This document shows positions 1 through 10,982 of a DNA stretch of 64,000 nucleotides, piece after piece. Source of the DNA: an uncultured virus (IMG/VR IMGVR_UViG_2684623151_000005) (lineage: Duplodnaviria; Heunggongvirae; Uroviricota; Caudoviricetes); IMG/VR virus record IMGVR_UViG_2684623151_000005. The stretch is one strand, 5' to 3'. Position numbers and translations under genes: made by a program. The notes beneath the pieces are model-generated. The model was not told the DNA's origin, ran no database searches, and saw nothing but the letters and a program-made list of their open reading frames with translations. Positions within the stretch are counted from its first letter, which is position 1, and each line of letters starts with the position of its first letter.

Positions 1-1758
1 ATGAAAGCTAAACCAAAAAAATATAAATATCTTATATTAACGATATTAGTATTATTTATTTGTATTTCTTGTTCTTTTACATTTAATCATATTAGAAATA
101 AATCTACAGAAGAAATTTCTTATTCAAAATTTATTGAAATGGTTGATAAAGGTGATATTAAAGAAGTAATATTTAACAAAAAAAATCTTACTTTTAAAGC
201 AATATCTAATGATAATAAATTCTTTAAAGTACCTAATCCTAACTATGATGAATTCAAAAAGGATATGTTACTTAAAAATATTAAAATTGGAGAAGCTTTA
301 GACATTAGTAGTTCATTATATACACTATTGACAATATTACTATTTATTATTTTAATTGCTAATATGTTAAAAAAACACTTAACAAAAATTAGTGTTTCAC
401 TAAAACCATTGAATAAAAACATAGATGTAATTTCTACAAATAAACCAAATGTAAAATTCGATGATATAGCAGGTAATAAAGAAATAAAAGAAGAAATGAA
501 AGAAATTGTTGACTTCTTAAAACATCCTCAAAAATATCTCGAAAGAAATGTAAAGTTACCTAAAGGAATTATATTAACAGGACCTCCTGGTACTGGTAAA
601 ACATTACTTGCTAAAGCCATAGCAAATGAAAGTAATGTTCCATTTATATACTCTAATGGTTCTGACTTTATGGAAAAATATGTTGGCGTAGGAGCATCAA
701 GAATTAGAAATATGTTTGAAAATGCTCGTAAAAATGCACCTTGTATATTATTTATAGATGAAATAGATGCAATAGGAGGAAAAAGAAGTTCTGATAGTAA
801 TGATGGAGAAAGACTTCAAACAATAAATGCTCTACTTACTGAAATGGATGGATTTAATTCTTCAGATGGTGTATTAGTAATATCAGCTACTAACAGATTA
901 GATATGTTAGATTCTGCTCTTACAAGGTCAGGAAGATTTGATAAGCACTTAACAATACCTCTTCCTGAACAAAATGATAGACTTGAAATATTACGCCAAT
1001 ATGCAAAAGGAAAACCTTTAAGCGAAGAAATTTCTTTAGATATACTATCAAAAGAATTAATTGGTTTTAGTGGTGCTGATATAGCGAATTTATTAAATGA
1101 AGCAAATTTCTTATCAGTAAGCAAAAATAAAGATATTATAGATAAAGAAGATTTGGATGATGCTTTCTTTAAAATGGTTATGAAAGGTCATAAAAAAACT
1201 ATAACTAAAGATGAAGAAGAGGTTAAATTAATTGCTTGGCATGAAACTGGACATGCATTAGTAAACTTACTATCCCCTAAAGGTGATGATGTGAATAAGG
1301 TTACTATAATCCCTTCTTCATCAGGAGCAGGTGGTGTTACAATAACAACACCTAAAAAACTTGGATTATATTCTAAAAAATATATAGAAACTCAAATCAA
1401 GTCTTGTTATGGTGGGCGTATCGGAGAATACCTATTATTAGGAACTTATGATGAAATAACTACTGGTGCTTCCCAGGACATAAAAACAGCTACCAATCTA
1501 ATAAAAGACTATATATCAGCTTATGGAATGGATGATGAATATGGAATGCTTAACCTTAATGTATTAGGTTGCAAGGATTCAGAAATATCAGAGAGAGCTA
1601 AAAATATGGCCAAAAGACTTTATGAAGAAACTTTTGATTTATTAAGCTCAAATAAACACCTTTTGGAAGCTATAGCTGATAAACTTATAGAAAAAGAAAC
1701 ACTTACTGGTGAAGAATTAATAAATATGATTAAAGAAATAGATAAAGAAATACAATAA
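1..1758 (+). CDS. ftsH: ATP-dependent zinc metalloprotease FtsH
   Basis: Two N-terminal TM segments, Walker A GPPGTGKT, Walker B ILFIDEID, SRH ATNRLDMLDSALTRSGRFD, HETGH zinc motif. Confidence 0.96.
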   Translation: MKAKPKKYKYLILTILVLFICISCSFTFNHIRNKSTEEISYSKFIEMVDKGDIKEVIFNKKNLTFKAISNDNKFFKVPNPNYDEFKKDMLLKNIKIGEALDISSSLYTLLTILLFIILIANMLKKHLTKISVSLKPLNKNIDVISTNKPNVKFDDIAGNKEIKEEMKEIVDFLKHPQKYLERNVKLPKGIILTGPPGTGKTLLAKAIANESNVPFIYSNGSDFMEKYVGVGASRIRNMFENARKNAPCILFIDEIDAIGGKRSSDSNDGERLQTINALLTEMDGFNSSDGVLVISATNRLDMLDSALTRSGRFDKHLTIPLPEQNDRLEILRQYAKGKPLSEEISLDILSKELIGFSGADIANLLNEANFLSVSKNKDIIDKEDLDDAFFKMVMKGHKKTITKDEEEVKLIAWHETGHALVNLLSPKGDDVNKVTIIPSSSGAGGVTITTPKKLGLYSKKYIETQIKSCYGGRIGEYLLLGTYDEITTGASQDIKTATNLIKDYISAYGMDDEYGMLNLNVLGCKDSEISERAKNMAKRLYEETFDLLSSNKHLLEAIADKLIEKETLTGEELINMIKEIDKEIQ

Positions 1759-1762
1759 CTTC

Positions 1763-1798
1763 AGAAAAGGATTGAGTTTAATATTCAATCCTTTTTCT
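1763..1798 (+). terminator. Rho-independent terminator after ftsH
   Basis: AAAAGGATTGA...TCAATCCTTTTT hairpin with T tail. Confidence 0.75.
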
Positions 1799-1946
1799 AT
1801 AGCTTTTATGCTGTTTAACATATTATTAAAATTAACATAATAACTTTTTAGAATAATGTTTTTTTAATTATATAAATCTTTTCAACTGTCTATATTAAAA
1901 AAAATAAAGGTTTGTTTAAAAACAATATTTGAAAGGATGATTATTT

Positions 1947-3038
1947 ATGTTAGCAAAAAGTAATTTTGAAAAATTTATCGAAGGAAATAACAATTTTTTA
2001 AGGGAAAATGATTTAAACGTACTATTTAATGAGGATTTTAAATCAGAAAATAATGAAATATTATCATTATATAAGTTACCTTATAAAGATATTTTTGGAG
2101 TTGAACATGAGGATATAATAGTTTACTACAACTTAGATAAAAAGCCAGTATTTGTAGTAGATGATGAAAATATATATGTACTTTTAGATATTTTCAAAAA
2201 ATTCTCAATGAGATTAGAATATACATTAGTTAAAAAACTAAATTATTACAATATTTATTCAGCTCAAAAAATGTATGGGAAAATAATAGAGTTAATAAAT
2301 GAAATAAACAACAAAAACTCACTTAAATATGTAAATTACCTATATGAATTAGGTGAAAAAGAATTCTTGAATAGGAATGAAGAAGTTATAGCTAAAAGCT
2401 CAAAAGAAGAAGTAATTTATGACTGGGTAAAAAACAGTATTATTTCTTCATCATTAAATAAACTTCAAAATAAGAACACAATTTCTAATGAAATTCATAA
2501 CAAGACATTCAATCTTAACAGGATAGGGAAATTTAAAAATTCTAAATTCCATAATATATCAACAAAGGAAAATAAACTTTTTTCAGTCCTTGTTTTATTT
2601 AAAAATAATTTAGAAGAATTAAAACATGAATTTGAATTAGATTTTCATGAAATGTTTAAAACCCACTATGGAGTAGAACCTTTAGCTATGTACTTTTCAA
2701 AGATGTATGAAATATATAGTAAAGAAATATTAAAAGAAATATCAAAAGATTTCTTTATCCAAAAGGTTATAAAAATAAAACATATTACAGATACAACAAA
2801 TTCTTATATTGTAATTAATGGCAAACATATATGTTTTAGTAAGATGATAATCGAATGGGATAAACTTACTGAAACTTCATGTTTCTTTGAAGAATTATCA
2901 GGAGATTTAATTTTCGTCAATAACATAGAAACTATTGTAATCAATGGTAAAACTGTATTTGACAACAAAGAGTTTACTGAAATAATGGATAAATTAAATG
3001 AAGATAAGAACTCTTCATATGATGAAGTACCATTTTAA
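1947..3038 (+). CDS. Hypothetical protein
   Basis: 363-aa ORF with RBS GAAAGGATG; C-terminus weakly resembles that of 3995..5047. Confidence 0.8.
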   Translation: MLAKSNFEKFIEGNNNFLRENDLNVLFNEDFKSENNEILSLYKLPYKDIFGVEHEDIIVYYNLDKKPVFVVDDENIYVLLDIFKKFSMRLEYTLVKKLNYYNIYSAQKMYGKIIELINEINNKNSLKYVNYLYELGEKEFLNRNEEVIAKSSKEEVIYDWVKNSIISSSLNKLQNKNTISNEIHNKTFNLNRIGKFKNSKFHNISTKENKLFSVLVLFKNNLEELKHEFELDFHEMFKTHYGVEPLAMYFSKMYEIYSKEILKEISKDFFIQKVIKIKHITDTTNSYIVINGKHICFSKMIIEWDKLTETSCFFEELSGDLIFVNNIETIVINGKTVFDNKEFTEIMDKLNEDKNSSYDEVPF

Positions 3039-3160
3039 AAGAAGCCTAAAGGATATTTAATTTATGTTAAATATCCTTTGCTTTTATACTCACTCCACTA
3101 CACCTTATAAACTCTAAATTAAATTTGCTTATAAGCGATTATTTGAAAGGATGATTATAA

Positions 3161-3634
3161 ATGAGAATTTCTCAAGTAAAGAGAATGGAAGCAATAAATA
3201 AATTAATTATAAAGATAGGAGATATTGATAGAGGATTTTTTAATTCTAAAAATGGTAGAGCTGAATTTATTGAATTGAGAACAACCGTTAGATTTAAAGA
3301 TGCTTACACTCAAAGGATTATATCAATAAGAGATGAAGGTTATGTAAAAGGGTTTAACAATGGAGGAACTTTGTTAACCTTAGTAAGAAATTTCAAACAT
3401 TACATAATAACTGGTAAAACAAAAGGAAATAGTAGTTTATACTCCACTCATTGGGGATATTCTATAGAGGGTATGAATGAAATCATAGAATTTGCAAAGG
3501 AATTAGGATATATAGACAAAAGTAATCCAACATATAAAGAATACTTAATAAAACTATATAATGAAGATAGTTGTTTATTAAGTGACTGGTTAAAAGAAGA
3601 GATAGAAAATACTCTACTAAATAAGGAAATATAG
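3161..3634 (+). CDS. Hypothetical protein
   Basis: 157-aa ORF with RBS GAAAGGATG. Confidence 0.8.
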   Translation: MRISQVKRMEAINKLIIKIGDIDRGFFNSKNGRAEFIELRTTVRFKDAYTQRIISIRDEGYVKGFNNGGTLLTLVRNFKHYIITGKTKGNSSLYSTHWGYSIEGMNEIIEFAKELGYIDKSNPTYKEYLIKLYNEDSCLLSDWLKEEIENTLLNKEI

Positions 3635-3651
3635 CAAAGTAGATTGATTTG

Positions 3652-3866
3652 ATGAAAATATATAACTTCTTTATAATGAAGATTCTGATTGTTTCTTAAA
3701 TGAAGAATATTTAAGCCATGAAAAAGAATATTCAGATGAAGAATTTACTGCAATTTGCAAAAAATTAAAAGATGATGGATGTAAAAATATACTCGACATA
3801 AAATATGAATTAATAAAGAAATATGGCTTCAAAGAATTAGAATTACATAGTTCATTTGAAATATAA
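3652..3866 (+). pseudogene. Small frameshifted ORF (or sequencing error)
   Basis: ATG at 3652 gives MKIY; a shift near 3664 opens LLYNEDSDCFLNEEYLSHEKEY...SSFEI-stop, followed by a terminator hairpin at about 3877-3913. Confidence 0.5.
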
Positions 3867-3994
3867 AAATACTTTAGAAGATATATAGATACCTTATCTA
3901 TATATCTTTTTTTTAAGATTTGTTATATATGATGAAATGTTTAACTATATTATAAAAACAAATATAGGTTTGCTTATAAGCAATATTTGAAAGG

Positions 3995-5047
3995 ATGATT
4001 ATTATGAAAAAGGCTAACTTAATTAAATACGTAGAAGGAAAAATTGATTTTTTAAAACCATCAGATTTTATTGATTTATTCATAGAAAAAGATTTAGAAA
4101 TCAAAGATGACTCTTTTTTAGAATTATCTAAAAAAGTTTTTAAAACAATAGATGGAGAGATTTTAGAAGATACTATAATTGTAAATAAAGTATCTGAAAT
4201 ATATCCTTATGAAGCTTCTTTGTTATTTATTATTAACAAAAAACATAAAGATATTTTTGTCAATAAAGGCTCAATGGAATACACTTTTTTTGATGACTAC
4301 GATAATAAATATAACTTAGTAAATACTTTAGAAGATTATACAATTTATAACTTTAAAAATATTATAAAGAAAGTAAAAGATACAATATATGAAGTTGAAC
4401 TAAAAAAATCAGCTCAACTACAAGAAGATATATTAAAAAAATTTAAAGAATTTTATAAAGAGGATGCTTCTCATATTGAATATTTAAGAAAAAGAACTAA
4501 GGATGATTTAATATTTAATTATTTTAAAAATGAATGTTTATTAGAAAAAGATTTAATTTTAGAAATTGTAGGAGGAAATCGCAACTCAAAATTTTCATAT
4601 TTCCATTGTGATGATGCAAATCACATATCATTTAATCTTTCATTACCTTTATTATATGAAAAAGATAAAATTATAAAAATGATAGAAGAAGATTTTGAAG
4701 AAAGCTACAAAAACATTAGTAGTGGAATTGTAGATTCTTATTATCAAAACTATTACTACAATACATTATTGAAAGATAATTCGATAATTAAAGATAACAA
4801 ACCTCTTCAATTAGCTTTAGCTATAAAACGAGCATTAAATAAGAGTGGTAAAACAGCACTACTTAACGGAATTTTTAAAGTGGAAAGTAAAATATCAGGA
4901 AATCGTGTTTCAGATTTTTATCTAAAAAAATACAATACTTACGAAACTTTTGACTTGAATGAAATTCAAAAAATCGAATTTAGAAATAATATTCTATTTG
5001 ATATAAATGAATTCAATGAAGATTGGGAAAAAAATCATAAAGAATAA
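3995..5047 (+). CDS. Hypothetical protein
   Basis: 350-aa ORF; true start probably ATG 4004 after RBS GAAAGGATG. Confidence 0.8.
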   Translation: MIIMKKANLIKYVEGKIDFLKPSDFIDLFIEKDLEIKDDSFLELSKKVFKTIDGEILEDTIIVNKVSEIYPYEASLLFIINKKHKDIFVNKGSMEYTFFDDYDNKYNLVNTLEDYTIYNFKNIIKKVKDTIYEVELKKSAQLQEDILKKFKEFYKEDASHIEYLRKRTKDDLIFNYFKNECLLEKDLILEIVGGNRNSKFSYFHCDDANHISFNLSLPLLYEKDKIIKMIEEDFEESYKNISSGIVDSYYQNYYYNTLLKDNSIIKDNKPLQLALAIKRALNKSGKTALLNGIFKVESKISGNRVSDFYLKKYNTYETFDLNEIQKIEFRNNILFDINEFNEDWEKNHKE

Positions 5048-5079
5048 AATAATAAAAAGATAAAAGAGCGTATTTAAAA

Positions 5080-5850
5080 CTAAATACACTCTTTTATTAT
5101 TTCCCTTAAATTTTTTATAGATTCTAAATTACCTATAGTACCATTAAAATCCGAATATATATATATTACATCTGCCCCATACAAGTTCTTATACTCTCCA
5201 TTCTTGGCCATATTTAAAGCTTTTAATTCAGCATCTTCAAGACTTAAATAACTCTTAGGTTTGATTTGTAACCCTGCTATTATTTTACCTTTAAAATAGA
5301 CATCATAATCTACTTCATATAAAGTATCTTTACTACCATTGGTTTTTACAAATCTAACACCATTAAATTCTTTAAATTCTTTCTCTAATATCTTTATAGT
5401 GTTTCTTTCTCTTTGGACTATACCATTCCATGTCTCACCTATAGTTCTAAACAGAACCATATAAATACATTCTTGAAGAGTTATTTTAAGGGGATTACCT
5501 TTTTTCAAAATCTCTTCATATAATATAAATCCTTTATATTTCAATTCTTCTTCTGTCCTACCATAATTATAATTAGTTGAAATATACTGATTGTCTAAAC
5601 TGGCTTTTGGTTGGATTCTTTGAGTTAAAATAGATTTTACGAATATATCTTTCTTTTTTATAAGCTCTAATCTCTTTTGACCACTAAAAAAGTAAAATTC
5701 CTTCCATTCTTCTTTAGACTTAAAACGCCTTAAATTTATAAGCCTTGATAACATACCTAAGCTCCAAGGCTTATTTAACTCTAAATCATTCCAAATCTTA
5801 TTTGTATAACGAAATTTATCAGGATTTACTTTATTCTCAAATACATCCAT
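5080..5850 (-). CDS. PD-(D/E)XK nuclease, MjaI-like restriction endonuclease
   Basis: D...YEVDYDVY...GLQIKPKSY resembles the D-xn-QxK catalytic variant; EEWKEFYF segment near the N-terminus. Confidence 0.6.
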   Translation of the reverse strand: MDVFENKVNPDKFRYTNKIWNDLELNKPWSLGMLSRLINLRRFKSKEEWKEFYFFSGQKRLELIKKKDIFVKSILTQRIQPKASLDNQYISTNYNYGRTEEELKYKGFILYEEILKKGNPLKITLQECIYMVLFRTIGETWNGIVQRERNTIKILEKEFKEFNGVRFVKTNGSKDTLYEVDYDVYFKGKIIAGLQIKPKSYLSLEDAELKALNMAKNGEYKNLYGADVIYIYSDFNGTIGNLESIKNLREIIKECI

Positions 5851-5913
5851 AAATCCTCCCTAATTATATATATTATATATATAATTATAATATTTATAAT
5901 TGACTATTGTCAA

Positions 5914-6981
5914 TTATATAACTCTTTTTGCACTTGTATATGAACTTAAATTAGATACTTTTATAACATCACCAGTATGTGGTGCATGTATGTATTGACC
6001 GTTACCAATATACATTCCTACATGATGTGCAGGATATCCCCAAAAAATTAAATCACCTGGTCTTAAATCATTTGGAGCTACTGGCACACCTACATTTTGT
6101 TGGTCCTCCGAAACTCTTGGTAAATTTACGCCAATTGTTCTAAATATATATTGCATATAACCTGAACAATCAAATCCATTAGGAGTTGTACCACCCCATA
6201 AATACGGTGTTCCTAAATACTTATATGCTTCTGACATCAATTGTTTTACCTTTGGTTCTGAATTTTCAAAATTAGACAATGAATATTCTTGGTTAACTAC
6301 TGCAGTCATATTGGCCAATTTTTCTTCTTCCAATATTTTATTTAGAGTTTCATTCAATAACTCTTTTTGTTTCTGTTTTAATTCTTGTTGTTTACTCAAC
6401 ATATCTTCTATAGACTTCTTATCCTCTTCAAGCTTTCTTTTTTTATTAGAAAACTCTTCTTTTTGATTTTTTAAAGATAATTCCTTTTCTTTAATTTCAC
6501 TAACTAACTTATTATCTAAGTTATTTATTTTATTAACAGCATCTATTTGAGATATTTTTTCTGTGAAAGATTTTTCATCTTCTAACACTACTCTTAGATA
6601 CATAAACAAAGGGTTCATTACAGTATTATCTCTTTTATATAATGCCCTTAATCTATCATCCATAATATTTCTTTGTCTTTCAAGGCTTTTACCTGTTTCT
6701 TTGATATTATCCTCTATATCGCTTAATTGTTTTTCAGTTTCACTAATATCATTCTTTAAATCATCAACCTTTAACATATTAGCTTCTATTTTGTTGTCTA
6801 ATAATTGTATTACTTCCTCAATCTTAGCAAATTTATCTCTGCTATTTAAATTACTATAATCAGGTATGGAAACCTCAACTTGCGTATCGTCTACTGGATT
6901 TGCAAATACTTGAGCTTGTCCAAAAGCTGTTGTCATAGTAATTCCTAATAAAAAAGTTATTATTAATTTTCTTTTCATCAA
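5914..6981 (-). CDS. Secreted NlpC/P60 peptidoglycan endopeptidase with coiled coil (CwlO/PcsB-like)
   Basis: Signal peptide, long coiled coil, YLGTPYLWGG...FDCSG and HHVGMYIGNGQYIHAP. Confidence 0.93.
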   Translation of the reverse strand: MMKRKLIITFLLGITMTTAFGQAQVFANPVDDTQVEVSIPDYSNLNSRDKFAKIEEVIQLLDNKIEANMLKVDDLKNDISETEKQLSDIEDNIKETGKSLERQRNIMDDRLRALYKRDNTVMNPLFMYLRVVLEDEKSFTEKISQIDAVNKINNLDNKLVSEIKEKELSLKNQKEEFSNKKRKLEEDKKSIEDMLSKQQELKQKQKELLNETLNKILEEEKLANMTAVVNQEYSLSNFENSEPKVKQLMSEAYKYLGTPYLWGGTTPNGFDCSGYMQYIFRTIGVNLPRVSEDQQNVGVPVAPNDLRPGDLIFWGYPAHHVGMYIGNGQYIHAPHTGDVIKVSNLSSYTSAKRVI

Positions 6982-7176
6982 AAAACTCCCTTCTTATATC
7001 GTATTTTATTATTCTATACATTAAGGTACTAAAATATAACAAAATCCATTATACAAATTACATGGACTAATGTCAAAGCAAATTGAAAAAAATATAAGGC
7101 TAATGAAAAAATCATTAGCCTTATAACTTATCTTTTTTTCAAACACTAAATAATTTTAAAAACTAATTGTGACGAT

Positions 7177-9234
7177 TTATCTTATTGGACAAATGCCACC
7201 TTCACAACCTTCATTTCCTATATCTAAATCTTCTTCTTCTAATTCATACTTACATAAAAGTGTAGAATCAAATGGCTTCATATTAGATTTTCTTTGTTCA
7301 TACTCTTCTTTAGTTATAGCTTCATAAGGTAAAAGTGGATAAACACTATCATATAAAGCTAAGAAAGAAACTCCAACAAATTCATCCCAATTATTCCAAA
7401 CCCATTCTTCTACATCTTTCCATTCATGCTCTCTTACGTGAACAGTTATTGATGTATTGTGGTCTGTCCAGTTTCTCATAAACATCTTATATATTTCTAA
7501 TTGGTCAATTGCTGAAACATCGTGTTTAGTTTTACCGATAGGCGACTTAACAGGAAATTCTACAACTTTAGTATTACAATCCTCTTCACTCTCTCCTACT
7601 TCGGGGAATACTGGATATTCAAGTTCTTCTAATACTCTACATAAAGGGTCTGAAGAATTTATCCTTATTCTTCTAATATAATATGGTGAATGTGAATAAT
7701 GCACTCCTGATGATACAGTTGGTAACTGACTTATAGTTCCCTCTGGCTTTACAGTAGTTGCAAGTATAGGTTTTGGAATACCTAATTTTGAGGAATACTC
7801 TTCTGCTTCATTATGAACAGCAACTCGCATTTCTCTTAATAACTCTGCTTGTTCCTCCATATTTAATCCTATTGAATTAACCATATCTTGATATCCAGTT
7901 ATAGATACACCTATTAATCTATCTCTCTTTTGAATTTCATCCCACTTAGCTATTTCAAGCTCTGCTAATGTCATCCTTATGCCAATTCTTGTTGATAATT
8001 TAAGTATTTTTAATAAATTCTCTTTATCAAGACATCCATCTTTAACAAATGCCATTAAATTAGTTGTTGTTAAATTACAGCATTCTTTACTATCAAGTAA
8101 TATTTCAGCACATGGATTCATACCCTCAAAGTTTTCTCTTCTCTTTCTACCTGCTTCTGCATTTATGAAACCAGGTTCTCCAGTATATCTGATTTTATTA
8201 AATATTTCATGTAATTCAATCCTGCTTGGTTTTCTATTAAAAAATATAGAATTATTACTCATTCTTCTATGTATTATACTATCATTTGCTATATAATCGC
8301 CATTTTCATCTTTTATGTAAAGATTAGATTTAGCTTCCATTACTTCATCATCATCGCTATCAAACAATGCTATTTGAGCTGTTCTTCTAACTCCACCCGA
8401 AACAACATTTTCTCCAATTATATTTGCTATATCTAAAACATCAATTGGTTTAAGCTTTCCATTAGCTCTCTTCATAACGACATGAATCTTTTCAAACATA
8501 TTTTTTAAGCTTTCATGTCCTGATGCATGACCTCCAAAAGTTTTTAATTTCTCCCCTTTTGGTCTTACATTATCATAATTAATATGTATTTCTTTTATCA
8601 TTGAATATGAAAAGTCTGTTAAAAGCTTAAAATAAAAATCTAAAGCCTCTATCCATCCATACTTGCTATCCCCTACTATTATAGTTGCAACATTATCTCT
8701 TATATTTAAAGAAGTATTTTCTGACCTAAAACTTTTATATACTGGTGTATAATGCTTTGAAGTTAAAATCTTATTACATTTGTATGGTTGAATTTTTTTG
8801 ACATCATCTTTAAGTATTCTTAAGCCTGTACCACTTCCAACCATAGCTAAGTAAAATAGCTCTTTAAAATCTGAAAAAGAATTTATTACCGTAAATGAAC
8901 AATTAAAGTTACCAAGCTTACATTCCTCTGCAACTTTAGTGTTTCCTACCCACATAGTTCTTCCTGATGGAAATGTTCTAAGATTAAACATATTATCAAA
9001 TATAAGTTCTGCTTCTTCTCTAAGCTCATCATCCGAAATCTTAGGATTATGTTGCTTTAATAAAGAAACGCTATAATTAGCAACCCTTTCACAAGTTTCA
9101 TGCCAATATTCTCTTCTCTTTTTTTCACTTATGTATCTTGAATATGTTCTTAAATATACAAATTCTCCAAGTTCAGTAAAAGGAGCTTTTATTTTTTTAT
9201 ATTTTTCAATAAATTTATCAGAAATATAGTTCAT
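7177..9234 (-). CDS. nrdJ: Adenosylcobalamin-dependent (class II) ribonucleotide reductase
   Basis: VYLRTYSR, NPCAEI, CNL, TTVKPEGT and a C-terminal redox pair CEGGICPIR. Confidence 0.93.
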   Translation of the reverse strand: MNYISDKFIEKYKKIKAPFTELGEFVYLRTYSRYISEKKRREYWHETCERVANYSVSLLKQHNPKISDDELREEAELIFDNMFNLRTFPSGRTMWVGNTKVAEECKLGNFNCSFTVINSFSDFKELFYLAMVGSGTGLRILKDDVKKIQPYKCNKILTSKHYTPVYKSFRSENTSLNIRDNVATIIVGDSKYGWIEALDFYFKLLTDFSYSMIKEIHINYDNVRPKGEKLKTFGGHASGHESLKNMFEKIHVVMKRANGKLKPIDVLDIANIIGENVVSGGVRRTAQIALFDSDDDEVMEAKSNLYIKDENGDYIANDSIIHRRMSNNSIFFNRKPSRIELHEIFNKIRYTGEPGFINAEAGRKRRENFEGMNPCAEILLDSKECCNLTTTNLMAFVKDGCLDKENLLKILKLSTRIGIRMTLAELEIAKWDEIQKRDRLIGVSITGYQDMVNSIGLNMEEQAELLREMRVAVHNEAEEYSSKLGIPKPILATTVKPEGTISQLPTVSSGVHYSHSPYYIRRIRINSSDPLCRVLEELEYPVFPEVGESEEDCNTKVVEFPVKSPIGKTKHDVSAIDQLEIYKMFMRNWTDHNTSITVHVREHEWKDVEEWVWNNWDEFVGVSFLALYDSVYPLLPYEAITKEEYEQRKSNMKPFDSTLLCKYELEEEDLDIGNEGCEGGICPIR

Positions 9235-9358
9235 ATATTAATTCCTCCAATAATATAATTTTAGTTTATTATATAAAATTATATTATAAATCATTTTATT
9301 TAAAAACTATTTTAAACTATATATAACAAGTTATTATTTTCCAATAGTAATTCTTTGA

Positions 9359-9931
9359 TTATTCACCTATTACTTTATCAATAATTCCATACTCTAAAGC
9401 TTCAATGGATGACATAAAAAAGTCTCTTTCTATATCCATTTCTACACATTTATATCCTTTTCCAGCAACTTTAGCTAACATATTTATAATTCTTTCTTTA
9501 TTTTTTTGAATTCGATTTGCATATATAGCTATATTTGTTGCTTGACCATTTATATTACCATAAGGTTGGTGTAACATAATTTCCGAATTCGGCAAAGCCA
9601 TTCTTAAATCGCCTTGTGATAATACTATAGCCCCAATACTGGCACACATCCCTATATCAATAGTAACAACTTTAGGATTTATATATTTCATCGTATCTAT
9701 TATAGCTAATCCTGCCGATACAGAACCTCCTGAACTGTTTATATACATATATATATCACTATTTCTATCTTCGCTTTCAAGAAGTAATAATTGAGCGACA
9801 ACAGTCATTGCTACCTCATCATTTATTTCACCTGTTAAAAAAATAATCCTATCTCTTAATAATTTAGAATATATATCAGACATAATTACTCCATTCTCTC
9901 CACTATTCATAACATATGGTATATTACTCAA
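9359..9931 (-). CDS. clpP: ATP-dependent Clp protease proteolytic subunit
   Basis: DIYSKLLRDRIIFL, YINSSGG, Ser (GMCASIG), His (MLHQP) and Asp (ERD) triad; TTG start with RBS GGAG. Confidence 0.93.
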   Translation of the reverse strand: MSNIPYVMNSGENGVIMSDIYSKLLRDRIIFLTGEINDEVAMTVVAQLLLLESEDRNSDIYMYINSSGGSVSAGLAIIDTMKYINPKVVTIDIGMCASIGAIVLSQGDLRMALPNSEIMLHQPYGNINGQATNIAIYANRIQKNKERIINMLAKVAGKGYKCVEMDIERDFFMSSIEALEYGIIDKVIGE

Positions 9932-10041
9932 AGCAATACTCCTTAATTATCTTACAAACTTTTATTAAATTCATATTAAATATACTATCTAATTTGACTT
10001 TTGTCTATTATTGATATAAGATAAATTAAAATTTAATATTA

Positions 10042-10461
10042 ATGAGTGGGAGAAAAATTATGATTGATTTAAGAAAAGCAAAGTTATTATGTGAAGAATA
10101 TGGTAGTGAACCACAATTATCAGTATTTATAAAGAGAAATAATCAATATATAGGCTACATAGAATTAAATAAAGAAGATTGTGATTTTGATTTAAATGAA
10201 AATGAGTGCTTTATATCTTACATATGTGCTTTCAAAAATGCACAAGAAGAATCTAAAGAACCTAATGAAATTAAAGATACATTAAGATTGGGAAATGGAA
10301 AGTATATGATAAAAGAATTCATAAAATTAAATCCTCAAATCAAAGCTATTTATGGATATACCCTGCCTGAAAAAAAGAAATTTTGGTTAGGAGTTGGAGC
10401 TAAGTTTAAAGATATTATACTGTGGAACAACATGCAATTGTTTTATTTAGATTTAAAATAA
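10042..10461 (+). CDS. GNAT-like protein, paralog 1
   Basis: ISYICAF...LRLGNGKYMIKEF...FWLGVGAK resembles the acetyl-CoA binding motif; paralog of the next ORF. Confidence 0.55.
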   Translation: MSGRKIMIDLRKAKLLCEEYGSEPQLSVFIKRNNQYIGYIELNKEDCDFDLNENECFISYICAFKNAQEESKEPNEIKDTLRLGNGKYMIKEFIKLNPQIKAIYGYTLPEKKKFWLGVGAKFKDIILWNNMQLFYLDLK

Positions 10462-10533
10462 ATATGATTAAAATGTTATAACCACTTAATATTCAAAGTA
10501 TATTAAACAAATAATAAATAGGCAGGTGTTTTA

Positions 10534-10944
10534 ATGTTTAAAACTATTAAAGAGGCAAAAGATTATTGTATAGAAATGGGAGCAAATCCAAGCAAATCTA
10601 TATTTATAAAAAGGCTTGATAATTACATAGGTTTTGTAGAAATAGATAATGATGAATATGAAGGTGAAATTTTAGATGGTGATTGCTTCATATCATTTAT
10701 GTGTGCTTTTGAAAATCATATAAAAGCTTCAAATTTGGATGCAATACACGAACCATTACGTTTAGGAAATGGCAAATACCTATTAAAAGAACTTATAAAA
10801 ATTAAGCCTGATATAAAAAGGATATTAGGAACTACATCTAAAGAAACTATGTTGTTTTGGGAAGGTGTCGGTGCTAAAATTTTAGACAAAACATGGACAG
10901 AATCATTTAATTTTGTTCTTTACACAAATGATTTAAAAATATAA
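10534..10944 (+). CDS. GNAT-like protein, paralog 2
   Basis: ISFMCAF...LRLGNGKYLLKEL...FWEGVGAK. Confidence 0.55.
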   Translation: MFKTIKEAKDYCIEMGANPSKSIFIKRLDNYIGFVEIDNDEYEGEILDGDCFISFMCAFENHIKASNLDAIHEPLRLGNGKYLLKELIKIKPDIKRILGTTSKETMLFWEGVGAKILDKTWTESFNFVLYTNDLKI

Positions 10945-10982
10945 ACTAAAAAAAAGATATAATGATTTTCATTATATCTTTT

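Noticed and set aside
816..1124. Antisense and shadow ORFs (e.g. 816, 6563, 7457, 7979, 13314, 19239, 30016, 32112, 47746, 52972, 59584, 60578)
   Set aside because: They overlap well-supported genes on the opposite strand and lack an RBS or recognisable motifs.
7177..9234. Intein or intron in nrdJ, recD2 or rtcB
   Set aside because: The ORFs are continuous and of normal length, with no intein or homing-endonuclease motifs.
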